NCBI GenBank assembly: GCA_946965045.2 | Contig: OX337231.1 | Coordinates: 3,720,001-3,784,000 of the forward strand | Length of the DNA: 64,000 nucleotides | Reading direction: 5' to 3' | DNA from: Epithemia pelagica | Taxonomy: Eukaryota > Protista > Bacillariophyta | Shown here: positions 49,692 to 61,305 of the stretch, piece after piece | Layout: each line of letters opens with the position of its first letter | Position numbering within the stretch: position 1 is the first letter of the stretch | Made by a program: the position numbers and the translations under genes | The notes under the pieces: generated by a model | Databases searched by the model: none | Seen by the model: only the letters and a program-made list of their open reading frames with translations | What the model was told of the DNA's origin: nothing

Positions 49692-50948
49692 ATGACAACG
49701 ACACTGAAAGAACAAGCATGGCAGTCGGGCCTTGTCCTGTTACAAGACGAGACACCGGAATGGAATTTCGAGGACTGGCCTCCTCTTGAGGGTGGATGGC
49801 GTTTTCGTCATGCTTTGGTCGTACTTTATCATCCCGATCCAGACCATGACAGCAACAACAACAACAACAAGAGACAAACGGTCGTCGTGTTGGGAGGAGC
49901 CGACAATCGATATAATACTACCAACTCCGTTCTGTTCCTGAATTTGGATGATGGCCAGAAGAAGCAGTGGCGAGACGGGCCACCCATGAACACGAGTCGT
50001 GAAGGACATGCCGCTGTGGTTTGCAACGGAGGGGTTTATGTTGTTGGAGGAGAAGACAGTTCATTTTTGACTTGCATCGAAAGAATTGATTCCACTGATT
50101 TGCTGCAAGAACCATCTTCGACTTTTAGCAGCAGCACAACACATGAGAGTTGTTGGACAAGATTGACCTGTCGGTTATCCGAGGAACGATGGGGATGTTG
50201 TGCTGTGGCAGTTCGCAACCGATACATTGTTGTAATGGGTAGTGGACGCAGCAATCGTTATTTGTCGTCGGTGGATATTTTGGATACCAGCAACCACACT
50301 GTCACTGCGGGACCAAACATGACTGTTCCACGAGCATGCTGTGCCAGTGCGGTCATTGGTCAACGCATCTTTGTGGTTGGAGGCTGTAACGACGAGGATG
50401 GCTATCTTGACTCGGTCGAGTATTTGGACTATGCAACACACTGTGACAGTGATGATGAGACAAACAAGGAAACTGGTTCGACGTTCCTTTCTTTCTCACC
50501 CACCTGGACCACTCATTCGGAGTTGAGGCTTGTCAATGTACAAAGTTCTATTGCCAGTTCTTGTGCCACGGTTGCCGTGGGATCGTGTCTGGTTGTGGCC
50601 GCAGGAAGCCGTCCAACCGTCCAAGTCTTGGATACGCACCGCAACAACCACGTGTGGAATCTCCCACCCTTGGGAAATGACCGCGATGGCTGCACTCTGG
50701 TGACGGTTGCCAATCAAGTTGCCGTGATTGGTGGACGGTACAATTCTACCTGTGCGACAGTACCAGTAATGGATCGGAATTCGTGGTGTTTTCGTCGACT
50801 GCAATCGAACGGATGGTCTCATTCACTTAAAGGTAGTATGGGTACTTTCCGAGATGCGCATGATATCTCACCCTTGTCGTCGTCGTCCACATGGACAGTA
50901 CCTTGGAAACGAGCCAGGCTCAATCCATGCCAAACTGATGGAGGGTAG
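49692..50948 (+). CDS. Kelch-repeat protein
   Basis: Repeated Kelch signatures VVVLGG...W..GPPMN..R.GHAAVV...VYVVGG; GPNMTVPR..CASAVIG.RIFVVGG; VAVIGG. Confidence 0.92.
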   Translation: MTTTLKEQAWQSGLVLLQDETPEWNFEDWPPLEGGWRFRHALVVLYHPDPDHDSNNNNNKRQTVVVLGGADNRYNTTNSVLFLNLDDGQKKQWRDGPPMNTSREGHAAVVCNGGVYVVGGEDSSFLTCIERIDSTDLLQEPSSTFSSSTTHESCWTRLTCRLSEERWGCCAVAVRNRYIVVMGSGRSNRYLSSVDILDTSNHTVTAGPNMTVPRACCASAVIGQRIFVVGGCNDEDGYLDSVEYLDYATHCDSDDETNKETGSTFLSFSPTWTTHSELRLVNVQSSIASSCATVAVGSCLVVAAGSRPTVQVLDTHRNNHVWNLPPLGNDRDGCTLVTVANQVAVIGGRYNSTCATVPVMDRNSWCFRRLQSNGWSHSLKGSMGTFRDAHDISPLSSSSTWTVPWKRARLNPCQTDGG

Positions 50949-53439
50949 GATGAAATCTAGCCGTTTCAAATGTCTTGAGTGGTTGGTTGACTTGTGTGTT
51001 TTCTACGTTGGATTGCAATCCTAGAACCTACACAAGTCGTTACTCAAACGTATTAGAAAGAACATGTTGCAAGAAAGAAGGTGCTTGTTGGTTGTCAAGT
51101 GCGGGAAAGGAACGACCCGATTTTTTTACCTCGACACAAGTGGCTTTGGCCATATACCCTGTTACCTGTCAGCAGTTGTGGGACAGTGCGAGAATTGTGG
51201 TCTCTTCTTTCCTCCTTTTCTCTACTAGGAACGATGGATCACAACTACCGTAGTGCAGTGAATATAGAGTCCCTGTACTACGTGCTCCTACTACAGTAGC
51301 CTCTCATCAGGCGAGGACGGATATTGGGTGGAACCAGGGCCATTTTGGCAAACGTTTGCTGCCATGGTGGTGGTAGATTCAAACGACGGCCTCTTCTCTG
51401 TCCACGAACATGACGGCTAAATCCTGATGATACGATATAGATTGGTAGAGGATTCATTGTGGTGAGAGAGGAAGAAGGAGACAATGGCACCATGGTTGGG
51501 CACCTGGAATTGTACCTTGAGATTTTGAGAAAGAGGAGGCCTCGACCGAATCGCCAAGGGATTTTGCAAAACGGACTATTGGACGATATAGGTACTAGTA
51601 CAGGACAAAAAGTCTGCTCACTAGCTATAATGTCCCGAGGCTGAAGAGGACAGAGTTCCGAGTTTCCATGCTTGTACGTGGTCTCTTGTCGGCCATGGAA
51701 CATTCGTGTCGCCTGAAACCCGATACACGACTTGACTCCAATTTTTCTCTTGGACCAGGAGCGACTCACTTCTCCACTACTTTGGAAACACTATAACCGA
51801 GTCCACATTCTTCTTCGTGTCCAAGAATTTCGTTGAGGCTTTTTTGTTCGTTGCACGGGATACCAGTTGCTTGTTTCTACTTGTTCGTATTCCGATGAAG
51901 GCCAACGACTGTCTTCTCCACCCGCTCCGCCTCGTTCCTTTTGGAGTGGCTCCCAAAGTGCACACAAGACTCTCACTGTTGAGACGATTTGCTGGGAGTA
52001 TTATAGTAGCTCCTATAGCCTTGTGCTTCGCTGAGAGAGTGACTTCCCTCTTGGACCGTTTCTTTGTTCTCCTCCGTGCCTTGATCTATTCGGTAAAAAA
52101 TAAAAAAAGAGAGATGGAACGTTAGTTTTCCCAAGGGTGGGAGAACCGCATGCTTTGGTATCGGAAATTACCTTGGGCAATTCTCGAGGCGTTCTGTTCC
52201 AAACGGAACAACCAGTCGGATGGGTCCTCTTCGATCCTCTCTTTGCGTAGCACACATGATACCCTTTCGAGGATGGTGGATCTGAAACAAAGAATCACAC
52301 GTCACACACCAATGTAGTAAGAATCCGACGGTGCAATGTACAACAACACGATCCATCGTGGATCACACACAAGGGAGGAGAGGAGAGGGAGGCTGAAAAA
52401 TGCGAGGTCGAAAGAATTGAAGATTACAGTATGCCGCGGATCCTTTTGAAGCTCACGTATTCGTCGTTTTATACTTTAAATTTCATCTTCGACTCTTTCG
52501 ACTTCGCTTTTTTCTGCCTCCCTCTCCTCCCGTTCCAACCGTGTCTCCTCCCGGTCCATCCTCCGAGCGGGGAGGATGAATCCTCCACCGAGACGGTTGC
52601 ATGCACCAGACGTTGTTGCACTAGCAGAAAAACAACGAGAGAAGAGACAATCGATGGTGCCGACAAAAGACGAGACCACACGCCAAATCCACACACACAC
52701 ACACAAAAAGCAAGGAGGACTGTCGTTGCAAGGTACGTTGTCATGTGCATCATTCTACCGCCATGGCCGTTCAATGTTCAAAATTTTCGATTTGTGGTCC
52801 GTCATGACACTGTCCGTCCGTAGGCCGTGGATGGATGGATTCGCACAATAGTTCCATTTCGTCGTTGCTGCCATGTCCTTCTTTGAATTCACTCACCTGA
52901 ATACATCTGTGACCTGTTTCCAAGTGCTTTCATCGAGTTGAGAAAAAGGGCCATACCTCCCAATGATCTACGTACATTCGTTCCACAGTTGCCGTTATGG
53001 ATAATAATATGAGCAGCCGCGTCTCCATCCACATCTGCTGGTCCCCCGGCGTTCCCCCAATTATGGGGAAATGAAAATCGACAGATCGGCTGGCTCGCCG
53101 TTTGGCCCCACAATTTTGTGTTTGTGGCTTTGGAGAGCATGGCCACACATCAACAATGGTGTGGTGTTGGAGATTGATCTTCTCGCTACAGAACTATACA
53201 CAAGACAAGATGTACCGGTCTCTCTACAGGAGAGAGCAAGAATTCTAGACAATTCCATCCGTGACACGAATGAAAGATTCCATATCGAATGGCAAGGACG
53301 CACGAGGAACGTAATTTCAACACTCGTTCATTGTCTATTATATGTGGATGGATCGATCTCTACAGAGACTTGCGCAAAACAGCACTTGCGTCACGTTGTG
53401 TTTTCAAAACACCCAGGATTGTGCACTATACTGCAGGAT

Positions 53440-55281
53440 TCATTCTTCCATGCGGGCCGCCGCGTTGGTGCCGGTAGCAGGTTGGGGAAGCACACTGTCC
53501 TTTGGTTTGGAGGATGACGACGACAATGATGGGACGGCCAACTGTCGTGCTTTGCGCAACAGAGGCTCGAGCATGTGTTTGCAATGACCGACATTGTCGC
53601 TAATTTCGACAAACTGGACTGTGGACCACTGACTTGCCTTGAGGCGTCGTACCGTGGGTCCCAACAAGGGTTTCCAAATGCGAAAGCGCGCCGCCTTCTT
53701 TGTTTGGGCAGCAGCAAGAGCCTTGTCGTGGTGGTGTCGTCGTCGAGAATGCTGGCTACTACTTTTCTGGAGGTGTTGTGCCACGCAATGAGCCTTGTGT
53801 ATCACGTCTCGGGTTTCCGGACGCACGGGAGAAACCGAACAATTGTTGTTGTTGTTGTTGTTGTCGTTTCTTGGATGGTCTACACCAGCAGTCGGTGCGG
53901 AGGAGGTGGTGTACTGCTGCTGCTGCTGCTGGGACTCGTCTGCAGATGGGGCAGCATCCAGTATCTTCTCTTGAAAATGGAAACGAGCAATTTCTCGAAA
54001 CAGTTCATTGTGGCCCAGTGTAATGCCCAGTGTCTGCTGTGTCTTGGTGGTCGCGGCGGCGATGGACCACGGTGCGGCTAGTCTTGCTGCCATATTACTA
54101 GTAGAGGGACCAGATGCATCCTCCTCGTCGTTGGGGTCTTGTGGTGTTTGGGGTTCGGCCCACGAGGCGAGACCTTGTTGCACGAGCTGCCGAATTCGTT
54201 CTGGTTTGGACTCGGGATTCGTCCAGTCGTCGTCGTCGTGTTTTGTGGTGCGCACGACAAACTCACTTTCGACGGGTTCAAAGTTGGAACAGCCACACAC
54301 AAAGTGCAAATCGTCGGGAAAGGTTTGTGGAATCAATCCACCCAGGAGGACAAGGACACTAGGAGGAGGATGAAATGGCACGTTTGGTTGGGTTGGAATC
54401 CTCATGGCTTGTTGGTTCGGGAGCATCGACTGCTGCGGACCACGCACCGATACTGCGGCCTGTGGTACGGTGCGGGTGGGTGGGTCTCGTGGTGGTGGTG
54501 GTGGAGGACGGGCCCGTGTAGCAGCGGCGGGAGGATTGCCACGGACCACCATGGGTGCCGCTTGCGGTTGGGACCATTGAGCAATGGCTGGAATGCGTTG
54601 TAGACCTAATTCTGGACTATACAACAAACGATACAACCGCCGATCCATGGTACCGGGCACTTTCATGCAGCTTCGGCTCGGATTTGGAATGGTTGCTCCA
54701 CAAGTGATGGAGGATACCGGTGGACTGGTGGAGGGAGATTTCTCAGCAGTGGTTTGTGGTCCCATCATTGTACTATTATGAAGTTCACAAAACCAATGGG
54801 TTCCCACAAGGGGTCGCCCATCTCGAGTGGCACTCCCTGGAAGAATCACTTGATAGAGTGTCTGCGCCCGTGTCAGGACCAAGCCCACTGCCAGAATCTC
54901 CACAATGCGCCGGAGGGAAAAGACGGTGCGCATGGCTAGGGCAAAGTGGGGAGAAAATCCAACCGTGGCCCAATCATCCACCATGTCATACAAGAGGCTC
55001 ATACACACGTATCGGTCTTGTTCCAACAAGACGGCACGACCATGGTAGGGGTCCTGCGCATTGCCCCAAGCCAGGGCGACTGCCTGGGCCCAGACCTCGG
55101 AATCCGACGAATGCCGGGCCTTGTCCTCCTGAAGTCGTTGCAATGCCTTTTGAAAGACGCTGTCTTCGAAACGGGCAACGTACCGTTGGATCTGGGAAAC
55201 GTAATGATTCCAACGTGAATGGTCCAATGCTGACGAGGAGGACGCTGCTGTTGGCGATATCCGCACTTTGGTCATTTCCAT
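53440..55281 (-). CDS. Hypothetical protein with one copy of an unrecognised ~190-aa domain plus Pro-rich linker and C-terminal region
   Basis: Long ORF; the N-terminal domain aligns with both halves of 58277-59659. Confidence 0.8.
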   Translation of the reverse strand: MEMTKVRISPTAASSSSALDHSRWNHYVSQIQRYVARFEDSVFQKALQRLQEDKARHSSDSEVWAQAVALAWGNAQDPYHGRAVLLEQDRYVCMSLLYDMVDDWATVGFSPHFALAMRTVFSLRRIVEILAVGLVLTRAQTLYQVILPGSATRDGRPLVGTHWFCELHNSTMMGPQTTAEKSPSTSPPVSSITCGATIPNPSRSCMKVPGTMDRRLYRLLYSPELGLQRIPAIAQWSQPQAAPMVVRGNPPAAATRARPPPPPPRDPPTRTVPQAAVSVRGPQQSMLPNQQAMRIPTQPNVPFHPPPSVLVLLGGLIPQTFPDDLHFVCGCSNFEPVESEFVVRTTKHDDDDWTNPESKPERIRQLVQQGLASWAEPQTPQDPNDEEDASGPSTSNMAARLAAPWSIAAATTKTQQTLGITLGHNELFREIARFHFQEKILDAAPSADESQQQQQQYTTSSAPTAGVDHPRNDNNNNNNNCSVSPVRPETRDVIHKAHCVAQHLQKSSSQHSRRRHHHDKALAAAQTKKAARFRIWKPLLGPTVRRLKASQWSTVQFVEISDNVGHCKHMLEPLLRKARQLAVPSLSSSSSKPKDSVLPQPATGTNAAARMEE

Positions 55282-55729
55282 GTTTGTCTGTCGCTTGAGG
55301 TTTGTGTCGTTTTCAATTTTATGAGGAAAGGCGACTCTGGGATAACGGATGGAATATGGAATGCGGATCGAGCGTCTGTCTGTCTCTCCTGTGTACATCC
55401 ATCCGGTCGCATATTGTAGTCCTCATCGTTTGGATATCAATTATTTCTCTAATTGGGTTATATAAAAAAGATTCACTACAACCGCTGAGAATTTGTGAAC
55501 AAGCCGAGACCCGCAACTTTCCACGTCTCATTTGCGGAGTTGATAGAGATGGGAAATCAAGTTTTGGTGGGAACGATCTACAAGCAAATGCGACTTTCAC
55601 GTACCGCAACGCATCCGTCCTGGAAACGATGCAGTGAGTCAGGTAGGTCCGAAAGGACCATTGTCGTTGGCCGTGTGATCATTGGGATCCATATCTAAAA
55701 GTAATCTCGCCGAAACGAGCACCTAGATA

Positions 55730-57790
55730 ATGAATTCCAGAACAAACGAACAGCACCAAGAAGAGACCCTTGAGAGTGCAGCTGAATCCGCGACAACACG
55801 GTCCCCAAATGAAGATTGTCCTTCGGAAAGAGCCTTAGTAGGAGACGTGGATAGGACCAAATGCAAAGATCACCCGGCCAGTATAACCCGTGGTGGACTT
55901 GAACAAAGTGTCTCGGAAGCAGATCCACAGGCTTGCTCGTACGGCAACCATGTCGTCGACGAGGACGACGATTTGTATGGCAGCCATATCCTCGACGAGG
56001 TTGAGGATGATGATGACGACCTTACCAGAGCCATGCAGGAATCCCTCAAAGACGCAGTGTTAGTTTACGACACACACTCAAAGCCACCGCCAGGCGAAAA
56101 AGGTGGTGTTTCAGACTTGCAACGTACAGAACCCAACGAAGATTATGACGCAGATCTCGCAACGGCTCTTGCGGCATCTCTAGCCAAACTTGGGAATGTA
56201 CACCACCAGGGAAAGTACACCAGCAGCAGTCAGAATATTGAAGGAAATGCTCTGCGAGTTGGTGCTGCAGCACCAAATCAGAGTACTTTGAGCGACGAGG
56301 CCAATGCCAGGGCTCTTGATGTACCCTTCCAGGACATGAGCCAACTCTTGGATTCTCCCAAACAAAATACAGTAGAGCAAGAGGAGGATTACGACGCAGA
56401 TCTAGCCGCAGCTATCGATGCATCTCTCGCCGTCAAGTTGGGGAATGAAGACGACCAGAAAAAGAAGCCTTCCGTAATGCACGGTCAAGATGCCAAAGAA
56501 GAGGCCGATTCCATGAAAGCCACCCTGTATCCCAAGCCATGCATTGGCGATCGCGCACAGAAACAAAACTCCAAGGATCGCACAGGCAAAGAACTACAAC
56601 CAACAGAAAAAGATGGCGTTCCTCACCAGCAGCCCACAGAACCGGATAAAGAATATGATGCAGATCTCGCACAAGCAATTAAACCATCTCTTGTCGAACT
56701 TGGGAGTGTGTCTGACGACGAGCTTACGAAACCATTTGCAGTGCCTATTCAAGATACAGTAGAAACGGTTTGCCCGATGGAGGGCATAACATATTACTGG
56801 CCTTCCTGTAAGCATGCCCAGAATTTAGATGATTTGGATGGTCCCGTCAATGAATGTGCCAAGAGCGGTGCCGAAGAATTAGGGCTAATATGGCGCAGCG
56901 ATGCCGACTATGCCAGGGCCTTACAACAGCAATTCGATCTCTGTGATCAACGCTATACAAAAGGACTGGAACATGTCCACTTTGCCTCCACACATACGGG
57001 ACGAGCCTGGCAATTGGTGGAACTCGTGTTGAATCTCCAACAAGAATACCGACTCCAACAAACCCTGGAGCAGTCACGTCTGAAGTTGCAGACAACACCG
57101 GTCTCATACGCCATGAAAGAAACAAGTTGGATCCAGGCCATTGCATTGGATGATATGATTCCCATGGCGGAAAAGCTGATTGCCACACAAAACGAGTATC
57201 GGCATCAACGCAAACCCGTCCATGTGGATATTGGGTACCACTGGACACGGCTAGAAAATTTAGGTCGAATCCAAACCAACGGATTGCTCACCAAAGAGGA
57301 ACGAGATTCCAAACTGATTCGGGTTTCTAACAATGGTTCGTCTTTTGGGGATGGAATATATACCGCCAACGATCCTTACTCTTATTGTGGTCGATACGGA
57401 CGAATCTGCATCATGGTGGCGCGTCTCCGGGGAATGCTCACCACAAAACGTTTTCACGAAAGGGGTGATACCCTTGTGGGCCGCAACGGTCTAGTGCACG
57501 TGTTGGCCACATCGGGACAATGCATTCCACTCATGTATTTTTATGCTGATTTGATTGACCCCGAAGATCCCGATTTCCCCGGCAATACATGGGTCCACCA
57601 GCATCATGTCAAGCTACAAGAAATGGTTGACAGAGTCTTCAATCAAGAAAGTCGTGACGGTAATACAGTTTCCTTCCAGACCCCGGTTGCCAAAGTGTTG
57701 TGTGCGGAGGATGCAAAACACCACTTTGACTCTTTGAACAGGTGGAGAGAAGACGACCGTCCAAGTTTAACCAAACCCAACCTATTTTAG
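55730..57790 (+). CDS. UIM/MIU ubiquitin-binding repeats + PARP-like ADP-ribosyltransferase domain
   Basis: UIM-like DDDLTRAMQESL, DYDADLATALAASL, DYDADLAAAIDASL, EYDADLAQAIKPSL; MIU-like DADYARALQQQ. ART motifs GYHWT, N...I..NGL, G..FGDGIYTA, VL....QCIP. Confidence 0.82.
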   Translation: MNSRTNEQHQEETLESAAESATTRSPNEDCPSERALVGDVDRTKCKDHPASITRGGLEQSVSEADPQACSYGNHVVDEDDDLYGSHILDEVEDDDDDLTRAMQESLKDAVLVYDTHSKPPPGEKGGVSDLQRTEPNEDYDADLATALAASLAKLGNVHHQGKYTSSSQNIEGNALRVGAAAPNQSTLSDEANARALDVPFQDMSQLLDSPKQNTVEQEEDYDADLAAAIDASLAVKLGNEDDQKKKPSVMHGQDAKEEADSMKATLYPKPCIGDRAQKQNSKDRTGKELQPTEKDGVPHQQPTEPDKEYDADLAQAIKPSLVELGSVSDDELTKPFAVPIQDTVETVCPMEGITYYWPSCKHAQNLDDLDGPVNECAKSGAEELGLIWRSDADYARALQQQFDLCDQRYTKGLEHVHFASTHTGRAWQLVELVLNLQQEYRLQQTLEQSRLKLQTTPVSYAMKETSWIQAIALDDMIPMAEKLIATQNEYRHQRKPVHVDIGYHWTRLENLGRIQTNGLLTKEERDSKLIRVSNNGSSFGDGIYTANDPYSYCGRYGRICIMVARLRGMLTTKRFHERGDTLVGRNGLVHVLATSGQCIPLMYFYADLIDPEDPDFPGNTWVHQHHVKLQEMVDRVFNQESRDGNTVSFQTPVAKVLCAEDAKHHFDSLNRWREDDRPSLTKPNLF

Positions 57791-58276
57791 GAGGCCACTA
57801 AACATGATACTCAGTGAGCCAAACCCTTGGTCACGTCGCTCGCAAAATGCCGTGCTATCTGAAAATGGGTTCAGCGGTTCATTTTTCCTTTTCACTATTG
57901 CCTACCATTCAGTTATTGACACGCTCACCACCATCATAATTCTTTTGGACCTACTTCCAAAGGATGCTCTCATAAAGCCCAAAGTGGTATCATTAGATCG
58001 ACCACCAGCCAATTCCCCGATCGATATATATTATGGTGAAACAAGAAGTCTTGTCGGAGACATATCTTTCAATTATAAAGGTGTTTGCGCCAATGGATTT
58101 CTTATTTCTTCCAAGGAATATGGCATTTAGCTTTCAAATATATGTAGGACTGGTAATTCGGTCACGGACAAAACATGTAGAATGAATTCCGCCTCGAGCG
58201 TTGTGCAGGGCCGTTTAGAGGAGCATGTCGAATAGTCGTAGGTGTTTGGATCTCACAGTGATATTTTATTTTATTT

Positions 58277-59659
58277 TTACAAGGAACTCGTCATGGGTCG
58301 ATAGACAAAGGACGCCACTTGTGGCTTGCAGCACCGAGAAAAGAGTTCATCGTTTTGGAGACCCAATGTCTTGCTGTACAGCAAACGATAGAGCCGTTTG
58401 TTCATGGTTCCGGTACCTGGGTAGCTGCTTAGCAAGGTTGCCCATCGATCTCGCTCCGAGGGGGTTTCAAAGTTTTCCAGTTTCACATGCAAATCCGAAT
58501 ACCAATGCATACCTGTAATCGTTTTGCCATCCTCCGTGGGTGCGGATTGGACCATCTTGTACAAGGCCTGTGCACGATCCATCACCAAACAGACGCCGAG
58601 AATACGGGCAATCCGTCGCGGTTTGAAAATCTTTTGTATCGCGTTTTCAAATTCGACCGAAAGTTCCTGTTCCTCCCATTCATTGACGAGTTCGTAGAGC
58701 AGCGTCAGGCACGATTTTCGGTCATGGTTGAGTTGCAAGACCCGAGGGTTGGTAGGATCATCTCGAAACAAGAGGTACAAGTTCTTGGCCCATGTTTCGG
58801 GATCTTGCGATCCCCGATCCTTGTACAAACGCGTCAGCCGGTCTTGAAACGACGGTTCATCGTAAATATTGACAAAGAGTTGGACGATAAGGTTGGGATC
58901 GGACAATCCGACTTTGGCACGTTTGAGACGCTCCACAAACTGATTGTTTTCTTGTGCCGTCTCAGCGAGCGTGGGACCCGGGGCTCTTCGTTTCGTTCCC
59001 GACAACACCACGGTGCTAGTTGTCTGTGGTGGCGGCTGGACAAAGGTTGCCAAGGCTGGAAGAGACCAACGGACAATATCCGCGTCTTGGAGCAGACCAA
59101 AGGCCTTGGAATGAATAATCTTGTAGAGACGGCGATTCATGGTGGGCGAGCCTTGGTACGTGGTCAAGGCCATTTTGAGATTTTCCAAGGCCTCGTCCAG
59201 GTGCGAAGGAATGGAGGTTGCTTCCATCGAATTGTCTTTTTGCTCTTGTTCGAGCAGTGCGACATGTTGTTTGGCATACCAATGCATCCCATAAAAGGTG
59301 GAGGATGGTAGCTGCATTCGATACAAGGACTGGGCACGGTCCATGACAAGACAGATAAAGAGAATTTTGCGCAAGCGCGATACTTGAAAGACGTGGACAA
59401 TGTCTTGTTCAAAGTCGTCTGGACTCGATGCCGTTTCCCAGGCATTGACCAGATCGTACTCCAACTGTAGGCACTTTTTACGATCTCGGTTGAGCAGTGA
59501 GGCATGCGGATGGGTCGGATCCTTACAGAGTGTCTGGTAGAGATTCTGGGCCCATGGTTCGGGAGATTGATTTCCCAAATCATGGTACAATCGATTCAAA
59601 CTTTCTTGGAAGGAAGGTTCCATGTAGGCAGTGAGAAAAGACTGAACGGTCGTCGACAT
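58277..59659 (-). CDS. Hypothetical protein made of two tandem copies of the unrecognised ~190-aa domain
   Basis: Internal duplication: EPSFQ.L.RLY.D.G.Q.PE.WA.NLY...DPT.P...LN.DRK.CL.L.Y.LVN.WE...LVMDRAQ.LY..GMHWY...TMN.RLY...S...GL occurs twice. Confidence 0.88.
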   Translation of the reverse strand: MSTTVQSFLTAYMEPSFQESLNRLYHDLGNQSPEPWAQNLYQTLCKDPTHPHASLLNRDRKKCLQLEYDLVNAWETASSPDDFEQDIVHVFQVSRLRKILFICLVMDRAQSLYRMQLPSSTFYGMHWYAKQHVALLEQEQKDNSMEATSIPSHLDEALENLKMALTTYQGSPTMNRRLYKIIHSKAFGLLQDADIVRWSLPALATFVQPPPQTTSTVVLSGTKRRAPGPTLAETAQENNQFVERLKRAKVGLSDPNLIVQLFVNIYDEPSFQDRLTRLYKDRGSQDPETWAKNLYLLFRDDPTNPRVLQLNHDRKSCLTLLYELVNEWEEQELSVEFENAIQKIFKPRRIARILGVCLVMDRAQALYKMVQSAPTEDGKTITGMHWYSDLHVKLENFETPSERDRWATLLSSYPGTGTMNKRLYRLLYSKTLGLQNDELFSRCCKPQVASFVYRPMTSSL

Positions 59660-61305
59660 GGTTCTGGGTTTTGTTTACAGGTAAGGAGGGTGTGTGTTGC
59701 TTTTGCGTTTTTGAATGGTTTGGAGTTGTGAGAGCATCGTGGATATTTTTTGTGGTGATGGAATCCCCGAGTCGCGAACTGCTGCGAGCGGGGCTTGCGG
59801 GCTTGTTGCGAGACGCTCTATCTCATTGTACTCTTTTTCTGACAGTCCATGACTTGCGACAAGGTTGCGACCGCAGGATGCAATCCCACAAAATGGGAAC
59901 ACCATGACTGTCATGTTCTCCTGTGCCGTGGTCGATTATGGATGATGGGAATGATGTCCCTCATCAACTTCCCCCACGATGTTGAATCGTTGTTCTCTTC
60001 TAGTAGAGACACTTGCAATCGCAAGAGACCCAATACGACCCATCCCAGAGGAACACTTGTGCCTCGCAACTCGCAACATAGTATTGGACTCCTACTGTTG
60101 GAGCGAACGGCAAAAGAGCCTCCGAGCAAGGTGGAGAGGATACAATCCCATCATACAGGATGAAAAGACCATGACTGTCCTGTGCCGAACTGACACAGAA
60201 AAGGATTGTAGGGATGCCACTCGGCATCGCAAGCAAAAAGAGAATGCCAATGCCACGTCTTCGAAACAAGAGTTTGCAATCTTCTCTCTGGGCTAGAGAA
60301 GACATGACAAACACCACCAGCATCTATATTCCGCTTTACTCGTCGAGGTGTGTGAAAAAAGCTGCGTTTGCTCTCCTTTGACATTTCCTCTCGTACTAGT
60401 AGGTAATACGTTGTCAGACAACAAGAAACTATGGAGCATAGTTTTCTAGAACACACCGCCCGGGGAAATCATAAAGAGAGAGAGACAAGGACATTTTCCT
60501 CTCATCAAGTTTGCCATTCTGGTTCGCACCATGAAGGAGGGCATGTCTTGTGCAAGTCGAAAGTCAATCTCGTTTCTCGTTTGTCGTCCACTCCGCGAAG
60601 GCTATCCACAGGGTAGTGCGTGGAAACGGGTCCGCGCCCTTTTTCCCCCAACCAACAACGGACTCGGTTGGGGGATGGGGCAATGGCCCAGCAGTCTGTC
60701 CGTCGGCCATCCACGACCGGCGAGGCGTGGATTGTTTAGCGAATGCGATTTGGCGGTTGTGGGCGGGAACGTGGCTCGCCGTTCGCACCAAGTCTAGTAT
60801 TGCCCCAGCAGGTGGGCGGGCGTGTTGCGGTCCATCGTCTCGTGTTGTGGAACCACAATAGAAGACAAAAGAGCCGGTGCCGTTCGCACGGCAACAAGAG
60901 TCCTCAACAGTGCTCGCCGGAATCGAAAATTCCTCTTGTCGGACTTTGGCGCATCACAGCTCCCTTTGTGTGTGTAAATTGTTATTGAGTGTTGTATTGG
61001 GGGCAAACGATACTCTCTATTGATTGTATATACAAGAGAAGAGAACGACTACTACTAGCGACAACACCAACCACCATAAGTCCCTGGCTTAGAAAGGGCG
61101 AGCCCATTTTTGTTGGTGTGTGTGTGTGCTTGCACTGTCGATAGCCTTTTGCACCTCTTCTTCTTCGAAAGCCAGCAAAAACAAAACACTACTCACTCGA
61201 TTTGAGTGACATCCTTCATCGGGAGATCCTCTAGTTGCCAACAACAACAACACAACAACAACAATTTGCCACTCCTCTCCAGTAGAATAGTCTCTTCGTT
61301 ACAAG

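Noticed and set aside
52469-52774. 101-aa ORF with a hydrophobic segment and basic tail
   Set aside because: Plausible small gene, but no ATG context, homolog or splice evidence could be established by eye.
60645-60674. 9-bp stem-loop CCCCCAACC...GGTTGGGGG
   Set aside because: Short enough to arise by chance; no tRNA, rRNA or other ncRNA signature seen here or elsewhere in the window.
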